Assembly: GCA_035546095.1 (NCBI GenBank)
Contig: DASZXB010000037.1
Location: 3,598-67,597 of the forward strand
Direction of reading: 5' to 3'
DNA: 64,000 bases
Source: Verrucomicrobiia bacterium
GTDB taxonomy: Bacteria > Verrucomicrobiota > Verrucomicrobiia > Limisphaerales > UBA11358
Position numbers and translations under genes: made by a program. How positions within the stretch are numbered: position 1 is the first letter of the stretch; each line of letters starts with the position of its first letter. This document shows positions 9,022-17,209 of this stretch, piece by piece. The notes beneath the pieces were generated by a model. That model was not told where the DNA came from, did not search any database, and was given only the letters and a program-made list of their open reading frames with translations.

Positions 9022-10739
9022 AAGCTGCTTTGCGCGGCGTTGATTTGCGCACGCAATAAGTCGTGCAGCGTGACGAGGCCGAGCAATTTTCCATTGGCGC
9101 CGTCGCAAATGACCGCCATGCCGGTCGGCGAATCGAGCAGCAGCGTTTGCAATTCGCGAATCGTCTGGCGCGGTTCGCAACGGATGACGGGCACGAGTTT
9201 CGGCGGACGTTTTTCGGCGATGGCTTCGGTTAATTCCACGCGCGAAACGATGCCGGTCAGTTTGTTTTCCTGCATCACGGGAAAATAGGCAAAGGCATTT
9301 TGTTTCAGAAGTTTTTCCACTTCCACCGGTTCCAACGTGTTCAAAATCACCGGCTGGAAATTGGCAATCGTCGAGATGGGCAATTTTTGCCAGCTTTGCA
9401 AATCGCGCGGCGGCAGCAATTTTTCCAGCTTGAAGCCGTCCTGTTCCAGAATCGCGTCGTAAAAATTTTCGCGCGTCAACCGGCGGGCGATGGCCTGACT
9501 AATGAGCGCGCCAATCATCAGCGCGGGCACGAGCGAAAATTCGTGCGTCATTTCAAACACGATGAGAATGCCCGTCACCGGCGCACGCACGACCGCGCCG
9601 AGACACGCGCTCATGCCGACGACGGCCAGCGTGAGCGCATCTTCGGCGGGCAAAGGAAATATCAGGCCAACGCCGCCCGCCAACAGCAAACCACTCATGC
9701 CGCCGAAAAATAATGTCGGCGAAAAAATGCCGCCGCAGCCGCCGTAGCCGTAGCACAAAACCGTCGCCAGTAATTTTGCGAACAACAGCACGCCGATGAT
9801 TTTCCACGTCAATTGGTGATTCAATCCGGCGGAAAGGTCGCCGTAGCCGAGACTGAAAACGCCGAGATGGCCGGTGACAAAAAATACGGACGCGCCGATG
9901 CCCCACGCCAGCGCCGCGCCGATGGCGGGTTTGAGCCAGCCGGGAATTTTGCCGGGACGTTTTTGTTTTTCGCGCAAGTCCAGCGTCGCTTTTTGGAAAA
10001 AAATTCCGGCCAGACTCGCCAGCGCCGCCGCGAACGGCGTCAACACATACGCGCGCCACGTCGGCGCTTCGACGTTCGCGATGGAAAACGCCGGATTTTT
10101 GCCGATCAATCCGTGAACGAGCAGCGCGCCAATCACCGAAGCGAGCAGCACGCTGCCGAGCAGACTGCTGTTCAAGTCCTGAATGATTTCTTCCAGCACG
10201 AACGTCACCGCCGCAATCGGCGTGTTGAACGCCGCCGCCAGTCCCGCCGCCGCGCCCGCCGCCGTCGCGCGCCGGCGATTTTGTTTGGCCTCGCCCGTCA
10301 ACGCCGCCAGTTGTGACGCCAGACCGGCGGCCAGATGAACGCTCGGCCCTTCGCGTCCCAGACTGCCGCCGCCGCCGATGCTCAAAATGCCGCCCAGAAA
10401 TTTCACCCACGCCGCGCGCCACGGAATGACGCCGAAATCCTTCCAGAACGCCACCTTTGCCTGCGGGATGCCGCTGCCCGCCGCCTCTTTGCAAAATGAA
10501 TTCAGCAAAAATCCGACGGCCAGCGCGCTGCCGACCATGACGGCGAAACTGCCGATTAAAAATGTCAAAGGCGACTGCGTTGACAATCGCACGAACGTCG
10601 CGTTATACAAAACGTTAATCAGCAATTGAAACGCCACCACCGCCAAGCCCGCGCCGACGCCGTAAAGACACGTCTGCAGAATGGTGCGGGTGTTTTTCGG
10701 AAGTTTTCCAAAATAACCGGCCAATGATGAAAATGCCAC
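9018..10739 (-). CDS. ClC family voltage-gated chloride channel / H+-Cl- antiporter with C-terminal CBS pair
   Basis: GSGIPQ, GREGP and GIFSPT selectivity-filter motifs. The C-terminal ~140 aa look like a CBS pair (VMQENKLTGIVSRVEL...LLGLVTLHDLL). Confidence 0.9.
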   Translation of the reverse strand: MAFSSLAGYFGKLPKNTRTILQTCLYGVGAGLAVVAFQLLINVLYNATFVRLSTQSPLTFLIGSFAVMVGSALAVGFLLNSFCKEAAGSGIPQAKVAFWKDFGVIPWRAAWVKFLGGILSIGGGGSLGREGPSVHLAAGLASQLAALTGEAKQNRRRATAAGAAAGLAAAFNTPIAAVTFVLEEIIQDLNSSLLGSVLLASVIGALLVHGLIGKNPAFSIANVEAPTWRAYVLTPFAAALASLAGIFFQKATLDLREKQKRPGKIPGWLKPAIGAALAWGIGASVFFVTGHLGVFSLGYGDLSAGLNHQLTWKIIGVLLFAKLLATVLCYGYGGCGGIFSPTLFFGGMSGLLLAGGVGLIFPLPAEDALTLAVVGMSACLGAVVRAPVTGILIVFEMTHEFSLVPALMIGALISQAIARRLTRENFYDAILEQDGFKLEKLLPPRDLQSWQKLPISTIANFQPVILNTLEPVEVEKLLKQNAFAYFPVMQENKLTGIVSRVELTEAIAEKRPPKLVPVIRCEPRQTIRELQTLLLDSPTGMAVICDGANGKLLGLVTLHDLLRAQINAAQSSF

Positions 10740-10799
10740 AGCGCCGTATCGTTGCCGAAATCATCGGGTATTTCAAGAATTCCGTCCGCCGCCGCGTTT

Positions 10800-11327
10800 T
10801 CAGTTTTTTATTTTCCGTTTCGATTCGGTGAAGAAGGTAAAATATCGCGAAGCGGCAAAACCAATCGGCAACAACAACGCGGCCAGAACCGTCCAATCGC
10901 GCCAGCCCTGATGCCGGAACATTTCCGCCGCCAGAATGAGAACGGCCAGCAGCAGCAACGTCAGTGAAATGCCGCGATGGAAGCGGCTTAATTCGGATTG
11001 CAGCCATGCGTCCATGCGGCTTTCCAAAACGCGACCATCATGGGAATCGGTGCATTTATGTTTGATATGGCAGCCGTTGCATTTGTGTTTGGGCGCGCGG
11101 TAGGTAGCGATTTTCCGCTGAAAATCCGTCTGTTCGCGCGTCAGGTGAATGCCAGTCGGACATTGCCAGACGTCCAGTTGCTTTTGGTAGGTGAAACCCG
11201 TGTGGCGGAAATGTTCCGATCGGCGATGCGAATGACGTGCGATGAGTTCCAAAATCACCGCGACGCCGACGAGCAACAGCGCGTAGCCGCCGGCCAAAAT
11301 CACTTCGATGTGGATACCGTGAAACAT
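10800..11327 (-). CDS. hypothetical membrane protein with Cys/His-rich cytoplasmic loop
   Basis: Start taken at MFHGIH (ATG 11327) because the upstream ATG at 11351 lies inside the hairpin repeat. One N-terminal hydrophobic segment (about 30 aa, possibly two TMs), a loop WQCPTGIH...KHKCNGCHIKHKCTDSHDG, and two or three C-terminal TMs. No family recognised. Confidence 0.55.
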   Translation of the reverse strand: MFHGIHIEVILAGGYALLLVGVAVILELIARHSHRRSEHFRHTGFTYQKQLDVWQCPTGIHLTREQTDFQRKIATYRAPKHKCNGCHIKHKCTDSHDGRVLESRMDAWLQSELSRFHRGISLTLLLLAVLILAAEMFRHQGWRDWTVLAALLLPIGFAASRYFTFFTESKRKIKN

Positions 11328-11337
11328 TTTATTTTTA

Positions 11338-11402
11338 GACACGAATTGCACGAATTTTCACGAATGATTTTTCAATTCGCGCTAATTCGTGAAATTCGTG
11401 TC
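11338..11402. repeat. CACGAAT-unit palindromic element
   Basis: GACACGAATTGCACGAATTTTCACGAAT-GATTTTTCA-ATTCGCGCTAATTCGTGAAATTCGTGTC. Three direct CACGAAT units at ~10 nt phase face three inverted units, giving a 65 nt imperfect hairpin that ends 11 nt upstream of ATG 11327. Confidence 0.7.
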
Positions 11403-11464
11403 AAAGTTTTTTATCCGCCGAATTTTTTCGTTTCACAAGTTTCACTGAATAATAAATATGCAAT

Positions 11465-11959
11465 TCAACTTGTTCTTTTGGAATATTCTTTTACAACAAA
11501 TTGTTTCGCAGGTGCGAGCGGAAAGGCGATTTCACTCCAAAGATTTTGGAATTGGCCGTTTTCATCATTCGCTTTTGCGTCACCAATGATAATGAGAAAA
11601 TTTCCATGTCCGTCGTGATAAAAATTTGCGCCAATGAGTGACGCACCATCATGCTCTGATGTGATGGGGAATGGCCAATAAATGTAGAAAAAAGCGGTAT
11701 CCAATTCGTAGAGCACATTTTCCGCTTCGCTAATCCACGATAACAGTGCCGGTTGGTTCACATAGTGCGTCACTTGGTCAATAGCAAAACCAACCAGTCT
11801 ATTTTGGTTGTCTTGAATGTGGTGATAAAACGGAACTTGTCCCGCAAAATTGTAATCGCATTTTTGGAATATGAATGTTTTAACATCCCATTCCAAATCA
11901 AGGTAGCCCGCCTGAAATCGGCGGGCTGCCTTGAAAATGATGAAGGATGGATAACTCAT
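11465..11959 (-). CDS. hypothetical cytoplasmic protein (candidate cognate/immunity partner of the upstream secreted protein)
   Basis: 164 aa with no signal peptide. Its ATG overlaps the stop of the upstream gene (ATGA at 11956-11959). The region is visibly AT-richer than its flanks. No family recognised. Confidence 0.6.
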   Translation of the reverse strand: MSYPSFIIFKAARRFQAGYLDLEWDVKTFIFQKCDYNFAGQVPFYHHIQDNQNRLVGFAIDQVTHYVNQPALLSWISEAENVLYELDTAFFYIYWPFPITSEHDGASLIGANFYHDGHGNFLIIIGDAKANDENGQFQNLWSEIAFPLAPAKQFVVKEYSKRTS

Positions 11960-13095
11960 CGCAACAAATAACCAAGCACAAGGTCGCTCGAACCCGGTGC
12001 GATATTATTGCACACTCCGGCAAAAATTGCAGCATCGCCGGTTTCGTCGTCGCCTCGAAGAATATCATTTGAATAAGCTAATGCTGCATTGATAAAATCT
12101 TGGGCATTGTCCGCTGCGTTTGCAATGATAAGGACTCCACCCAAAAGTGGAAGCACTTTGCCGAGTGTTCTTCCGATTCTGGTATGCAAAGAACGACAAA
12201 TAGCCTGTTCCCGTGTCCACTGAGTATGGATTGAGGCAATTTGTGCTCTGGTGGAAGCAGCAATATCTACAACAGTTTTTTCGCCCGAATTTATAGCTTG
12301 AATGAATTTGAAATTGTAATCTATTTGTTCAATTGCAAATTCCTCATATCGTTGAAGCAAATCAATCGGCACTTGATCAACTTTTGCTTGGGTTGGATTA
12401 CTGATAGCACCTGTGGTGAGAGAGGTGCCTTCGCCAAAAGCGTCTGCAAGCAAGTCCCGCTCTGCTTTTGTAAAATTAGCAGTCGGAGGAGTATCCAACG
12501 GCTTTACGAATGAATCATAGTGGTCAACGACTGCGGTAGTCCATCTCAAGTGCAATTCTCCCGGTGTTGGCTCGGTGGTAGTCATCGTGTTGGCGACGGT
12601 ATCGTTTGCATAAAGGAACGGACCAAGATTTCCAGCCGCGCCGGAATTAGTATCATAATTGAACACTTCCTCGCCTGAATAAACGCTTGGCGCGAATGGG
12701 TAACTAACATCACCATTGTCATCGAACACAAACGGATCAGTGCCGGTTAAAAGTTCTGTTCCGTTATCCAATCCGTCGCCGTCAAAATCTTCATCAAATT
12801 CACTAACGACATAGAAACCCGAACTGCTTGAAACAATCGCTCCTTGATTGGTGAAATCCGTTTGAATGCCATTGGTGGCGGCCAGCACATTTGTCAGCAG
12901 CATCCACGGAGTTGCCGCGCTCAAAGTCGTGCGGTATCCGATGATGAATGCTTGGTTGGTTTCGCTTGGCCAATGCAGCGCGGCGTTTGTGCCATTGTTA
13001 ATGGTCAACGAAACATTGGTGGTGGCGTGGCCGTTGCATAAAAAGGCCGTCCATAAAATCAAGGCGGCAACCATAGTTTGCAGAGTTCTTTTCAT
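11956..13095 (-). CDS. secreted protein with thrombospondin-type-3-like Ca-binding repeat and unknown helical C-terminal domain
   Basis: Sec signal MKRTLQTMVAALILWTAFLCNGHA and a beta-rich N-domain. DEDFDGDGLDNGTELLTGTDP is a TSP3-like DxDxDG motif. The C-terminal ~150 aa include a Gly/Ala-rich hydrophobic stretch, GKVLPLLGGVLIIANAADNA. Confidence 0.7.
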   Translation of the reverse strand: MKRTLQTMVAALILWTAFLCNGHATTNVSLTINNGTNAALHWPSETNQAFIIGYRTTLSAATPWMLLTNVLAATNGIQTDFTNQGAIVSSSSGFYVVSEFDEDFDGDGLDNGTELLTGTDPFVFDDNGDVSYPFAPSVYSGEEVFNYDTNSGAAGNLGPFLYANDTVANTMTTTEPTPGELHLRWTTAVVDHYDSFVKPLDTPPTANFTKAERDLLADAFGEGTSLTTGAISNPTQAKVDQVPIDLLQRYEEFAIEQIDYNFKFIQAINSGEKTVVDIAASTRAQIASIHTQWTREQAICRSLHTRIGRTLGKVLPLLGGVLIIANAADNAQDFINAALAYSNDILRGDDETGDAAIFAGVCNNIAPGSSDLVLGYLLR

Positions 13096-13180
13096 ATTTT
13101 TTCCGTGTTATTGTTTTTTTGGTTTCATTACGTCGCAACGCAACACCATTGCTCCTTCAATTACGTTGCTCACCATAATT

Positions 13181-13197
13181 AGGGCGTGTTACGCCCT
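13181..13197. promoter_or_regulatory. perfect 7-3-7 palindrome, candidate XRE operator
   Basis: AGGGCGT-GTT-ACGCCCT lies in the 136 nt divergent intergenic region, about 35 nt upstream of the XRE gene start. Confidence 0.3.
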
Positions 13198-13231
13198 TTA
13201 TGTCAACTATGAAATTTTAGGGTAATAAAGG

Positions 13232-13468
13232 GTGGCTAAAACCAAATTGCCGGTCGAACTTCGGAAACTCGGAGACAATATCCGCCGCATTCGCACTTCA
13301 TTGAAAATGTCTCAAGAGCGTTTGGCGGAATTGGCCGACATCAATTCACGCACCGTTCGCCGCATTGAAGCTGGAGAAATCAATACTCTCATCACAACCA
13401 TTGCAAGAATTCGCAAAGCATTAGGCTGCAAATGGGACGACCTCGCTCCCGCTGAATGGAAACGATAA
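13232..13468 (+). CDS. XRE-family helix-turn-helix transcriptional regulator
   Basis: GTG start. LGDNIRRIRTSLKMSQERLAELADINSRTVRRIEAGE is a canonical Cro/C1-type HTH. Confidence 0.85.
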   Translation: MAKTKLPVELRKLGDNIRRIRTSLKMSQERLAELADINSRTVRRIEAGEINTLITTIARIRKALGCKWDDLAPAEWKR

Positions 13469-13469
13469 T

Positions 13470-15758
13470 TCAGTATTTTTTCGTCTCGTGGATTTCTTCA
13501 AACAGCGTGCCGTCGGGAACTTCGCGCGGCGTTTGTTTTTTCATGTTCACCAAGCCGCGCCAGGTCAGCCACAAAATCGGCAGCGTACCGCCGAGGATGA
13601 ACAGCGCGTCGCCGGGCAAGCGCAGCCATTCAAACAGCGAGTTGGCGTGGCTGGAAATGAATTTCAACGAACGCGCGTCGAAATAGCTGACGCTGACGGA
13701 ATGATACAGTTGAATCAAGCCGAGCGGAAACAGCGTGGCAAAAACCATCCACGCGAGGCCGAGGTTGAGCGACCAAAAACTGATTTTCGCGGCGCGGTCG
13801 CTCCACAATTTTTCGGGAATCATGTAGCGCAGGCAAAAGAGCGCGAGACCGACCGCGAGCATTCCGTAAACGCCCATCATCGCGGCGTGGCCGTGATTGG
13901 CCGTGAGCGCGGTGCCGATTTCGTAATAGGAAACAATCGGCAGGTTGATGAGAAATCCGAAAATGCCCGCGCCGAGAAAATTCCAAAAACCGACGGACGC
14001 CAGAAACATCACCGACCAGAAATGCGGAAACGGCGTTTTTGCATTTGATTCCTGTTGCGCGCCGAGTTGGAGAAAGCTCCATGCCTCGACGGTCAGGAAG
14101 GTGAGCGGAATCACTTCCGCCGCTGAGAAAAACGCGCCCATCGCCATGTGCAACGCCGGTTCGCCGGAGAAATAAACGTGGTGCATCGTGCCGATGACGC
14201 CGCCCGCCGAATACAAAACCACGTCCAGATAAATCAGCCGCAGCGCGACGCGTTGATGGACGACGCCGAGCAGCACGAAAATGTAGGCGACCATGACCGT
14301 CGTGAACAATTCGAGAAAATCTTCCACCCACAAATGCACGACCCAAAACCGCCAGAAATCCGTCGTGGTGAAATTGGAATTGGTTTGCACGAGCAACCCG
14401 ACGGCGTAAAACGCGGGAATGGAAAGCGCGGCGAAGAAAAACAGCCACGGCATATTGCCCATGTGTTCATCGCGCAGACGATTTCGCAGGCCGCGAAAAA
14501 GAATCACGACCCAAAACGTGAGGCCGATGGTCAGCAGGATTTGCCAGAAACGTCCCAAGTCGAGAAACGTGAAACCTTGATTGCCGAACCATGACCAACC
14601 GCGTTCGATCCAATGAAAAACGCCCGCGTATTCGCCGGCCATGCTGCCGAAAACGACGAGCGCGAGCGCGCCGAGCAGCAAATAAGACAGGACATTTTGC
14701 CCGCGCGGTTCGCGGCCGGTGATCATCGGCGCGAGAAAAATTCCGGCGGCGAGATAAGATGTGGCGACCCAGAAAATCGCCAGTTGCAAGTGATAGGTGC
14801 GCGCGAGGTTGAACGGCAAAATTTGCGCGAGGTCGAAGCCGAAGAAATTGGAAATCTCCGCGCGATAATGTTCCGCCGCGCCGCCGAACATCGTTTGCAG
14901 GAAAAACAGCAGCGCCATGACGAAGAAAAATCCCGCGCACGCGCGTTGCGCCGGCGTGAGCATGACCTGGTCGGGCGGACGAAACGAAATGCGCTGTTCC
15001 TCGCGCCCGTGCCAGCCAAGAAAATTCCAGCGTCCAAACGCGGCGAACAGCAGCCCGATGCCGCCGAGCAGCGCGGCGAGCGACAACATGCTCCAGACGA
15101 CGGCTTCCGCCGTGGCGTGATTGTTCACGAGCGATTCGGGCGGCCAGTTGTTCGTGTAGGAATAATTTTTATCCGGGCGCAGCGTCGAGCCGGCCCACGC
15201 CGACCAACTGAAAAACGCGGTGAGTTGCCGGATTTTTTCCGGGTCGGTGATGGCGTTGGGACGCAAACCGAATTTCGTTGTGGGTGATCCAAAAAATTCG
15301 CCGTAGTAGGCGACTAGTTTTTGAAACGCGTCGGCTTGCGCGTCGCTGTAAATCAAAACGCCGGTCGCGGCGTCGTAACGATTCGTCTTGAAGTCGGCGA
15401 CGGTCTTTTCATGCGCGACGTCCAAAGCATTTCCGCCGTAAAAATCGATCGTCAGTTGGGCGGCGCGATGCAGATAGTCCGCCGTGAAATCCGGTCCGAG
15501 CCATGCGCCATGGCCGAAAATCGAGCCGTATTCCATCAAACCGTTCTGCAGAAAAACTTCCTGTCCGGCGGTGATGTCCGCGCCGGTGAAAAGAACGTTG
15601 CCGCGCGCGTCGGTGACTTTGGCGGGAATCGGCGGCTGGTCGGTGTAAGTGTAATACGCGAGCAGTCCCATGATGAAAAAGCCGAACAGCATCACGAGCG
15701 CGACGGCTTGCAGCCAGCCTTTGGAAATGAGCAGGGTTTTATTGGGAGATTCGTTCAT
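13470..15758 (-). CDS. norB: quinol-dependent nitric-oxide reductase (qNOR, long single-subunit NorB/NorZ type)
   Basis: 762 aa. An N-terminal TM plus a ~200 aa periplasmic extension are fused to a 12+ TM heme-copper-oxidase-type core with conserved His-containing helices (GHGAWLG..., HHVYFSG, ANHGHAAMMGVYG). Size and layout match qNOR. Confidence 0.9.
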   Translation of the reverse strand: MNESPNKTLLISKGWLQAVALVMLFGFFIMGLLAYYTYTDQPPIPAKVTDARGNVLFTGADITAGQEVFLQNGLMEYGSIFGHGAWLGPDFTADYLHRAAQLTIDFYGGNALDVAHEKTVADFKTNRYDAATGVLIYSDAQADAFQKLVAYYGEFFGSPTTKFGLRPNAITDPEKIRQLTAFFSWSAWAGSTLRPDKNYSYTNNWPPESLVNNHATAEAVVWSMLSLAALLGGIGLLFAAFGRWNFLGWHGREEQRISFRPPDQVMLTPAQRACAGFFFVMALLFFLQTMFGGAAEHYRAEISNFFGFDLAQILPFNLARTYHLQLAIFWVATSYLAAGIFLAPMITGREPRGQNVLSYLLLGALALVVFGSMAGEYAGVFHWIERGWSWFGNQGFTFLDLGRFWQILLTIGLTFWVVILFRGLRNRLRDEHMGNMPWLFFFAALSIPAFYAVGLLVQTNSNFTTTDFWRFWVVHLWVEDFLELFTTVMVAYIFVLLGVVHQRVALRLIYLDVVLYSAGGVIGTMHHVYFSGEPALHMAMGAFFSAAEVIPLTFLTVEAWSFLQLGAQQESNAKTPFPHFWSVMFLASVGFWNFLGAGIFGFLINLPIVSYYEIGTALTANHGHAAMMGVYGMLAVGLALFCLRYMIPEKLWSDRAAKISFWSLNLGLAWMVFATLFPLGLIQLYHSVSVSYFDARSLKFISSHANSLFEWLRLPGDALFILGGTLPILWLTWRGLVNMKKQTPREVPDGTLFEEIHETKKY

Positions 15759-15851
15759 AATTTTTTGACGATGGAGTTGTGGGGGTTTTACTTCAAGCGA
15801 CAGAGCGTGTCAAATTTCTCCGACATTCATTTCAGAGCGATGGCATCGTTT

Positions 15852-15929
15852 GGTGGGGCGAGCATCCTCGCGAGCCACGAACGGCTTAAGGCATGGCCAA
15901 GCCCGGCTCGCGGGGACGCTCGCCCCACC
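15852..15929. repeat. 78 nt GC-rich extended hairpin element
   Basis: GGTGGGGCGAGC-AT-CCTCGCGAGCC [28 nt loop] GGCTCGCGGGG-AC-GCTCGCCCCACC. There are 12 perfect outer pairs and 10 of 11 inner pairs. It sits in the 223 nt spacer between the cNMP-binding gene and qNOR. Confidence 0.75.
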
Positions 15930-15981
15930 GGCGGAAATCCAATGGATACCAGTGTGCCTTTGAAAAATCATTTGGGTTGGC

Positions 15982-16470
15982 TCAAGCCGCTAGCGACAAA
16001 TTTTTGCTTTGCGCCGCCAATTGCCCGCGCGTAGCTTGTAATCGTTCGATGAAAATTTGCGCGATGCGTTTCATCAATTCGTAGCCGAGGTCGTGGTCGT
16101 TTTCGCATTGCTCGCGCAGGCGTGTGCCGTAAAAAAAGATGGCCTTGACGGGCGACAGCGCGCGGGCGTTGAAATGCGAATAATACGGCGGAAACAGCCA
16201 CGACCAGCCCAGCACGCTGCCCGCGCCGACGGTTTCAATCGTCGCCGTGCCGCGTTCGTCATCGCATTTCGGGCAGGGCGATTCCAGCGCGACTTCGCCG
16301 CTCAACAGAATGTAAAAACGATTCGCCGGACCGCCTTCCTTGAAAATGAGTTCGTCCGTTTTGAATTCCGCCGGCATCGCGTTTTCCGCCAGCAATTCAA
16401 GTTGTTGGACGGATAATCCCTTAAGAAACGGTTGTGCCGCCAAAAGTTCAATCGCCGGATTGGTTTTCAT
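15982..16470 (-). CDS. stand-alone cyclic-nucleotide-binding (CAP effector) domain protein, no DNA-binding domain
   Basis: ATG 16470 is preceded by AAGGAG. The sequence FLKGLSVQQLELLAENAMPAEFKTDELIFKEGGPANRFYILLSGEVAL fits the domain. At 162 aa it ends without an HTH and carries an insertion, ESPCPKCDDERG. Confidence 0.8.
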   Translation of the reverse strand: MKTNPAIELLAAQPFLKGLSVQQLELLAENAMPAEFKTDELIFKEGGPANRFYILLSGEVALESPCPKCDDERGTATIETVGAGSVLGWSWLFPPYYSHFNARALSPVKAIFFYGTRLREQCENDHDLGYELMKRIAQIFIERLQATRGQLAAQSKNLSLAA

Positions 16471-16551
16471 GATAATATCTCCTTCACGTTTTTGTGCTAT
16501 GATGAAACGCCAGTCACGGCTGCAACTTAAAACAAAGCGCGCGCAAATACT

Positions 16552-16565
16552 TTGACCTGGGTCAA
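16552..16565. promoter_or_regulatory. FNR/Dnr-type operator TTGAC-N4-GTCAA
   Basis: TTGACCTGGGTCAA lies in the divergent spacer. A -10-like TAAGTT (minus strand, 16524-16529) sits ~29 nt from the box centre, which is class II spacing towards the cNMP-binding gene. The 19-mer TTGACYTGGGTCAAATCTT recurs at 23235. Confidence 0.6.
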
Positions 16566-16643
16566 ATCTTTGCCAATCACTGGAGCAAAAAATTTGACGG
16601 GGGCGGGTTGATTGCAAATATTGAGCCAAGAAGGAAACAATTG

Positions 16644-17102
16644 ATGCAACCAAGAATGGATTATGTGAAAGCGGCGCCGGACGGATACCAAGCCATAAGC
16701 GCGTTGGAAAGCTATGTGCGGCAAAGCGGCCTTGAACATTCCCTGCTGGAATTGGTCAAGACGCGTGCGTCGCAAATCAACGGCTGTGCCTTTTGCCTCG
16801 ACATGCACACTAGGGGCGCGCGCGCCGCCGGTGAAACCGAGCAGCGGCTTTACACGCTGTCGGCTTGGGAGGAAACGCCGTTCTTCACCGACCGCGAACG
16901 CGCCGCGCTGGCGTGGACGGAAGCCGTCACGCGCGTCGCCGACACGCATGTTCCCGACGATGTTTATGAGCGGGTTCGCCGGCAATTCACGGAGAAGGAA
17001 CTGGCCGACCTGACGCTGGCGATTGTGGCCATCAACGGCTGGAACCGGCTGTCCGTCGCTTTCCGCAAGGTGCCCGGCTTTTACCAGCCCACTAGGCCGT
17101 GA
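16644..17102 (+). CDS. carboxymuconolactone decarboxylase (AhpD-like) family protein
   Basis: LVKTRASQINGCAFCLDMHTRGARAAGETEQRLYTLSAWEETPFFTDRERAALAWTEAVT carries the CxxC-containing CMD/AhpD signature. ATG 16644 is preceded by AAGGAA. Confidence 0.85.
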   Translation: MQPRMDYVKAAPDGYQAISALESYVRQSGLEHSLLELVKTRASQINGCAFCLDMHTRGARAAGETEQRLYTLSAWEETPFFTDRERAALAWTEAVTRVADTHVPDDVYERVRRQFTEKELADLTLAIVAINGWNRLSVAFRKVPGFYQPTRP

Positions 17103-17209
17103 AGCAAAAATTTTGCCGCATAAAAGCCTTTTTCCCGACTCGTCAATGTCGGCAAAATCATTGAGGGAATTTTCGCTTCCCTCCACTCCATTGAAAAGAA
17201 TGGACGCGA

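Noticed and set aside
9553-10494. 313 aa alternative-frame ORF within the ClC gene, plus several + strand ORFs between 9040 and 10629.
   Set aside because: They are Arg/Gly-rich nonsense composition, and the ClC frame carries all selectivity-filter motifs.
13488-15287. Multiple 150-270 aa ORFs overlapping the qNOR gene on both strands.
   Set aside because: They are shadow frames of a GC-rich membrane-protein gene. Only the 762 aa frame gives a coherent HCO-type protein.
15759-15851. Looked for an FNR/Dnr box or NorR-type sites directly upstream of qNOR.
   Set aside because: No TTGAY-N4-RTCAA match was found by eye. Only TTGAC...TTGAA with the wrong spacing is present, so no claim is made.
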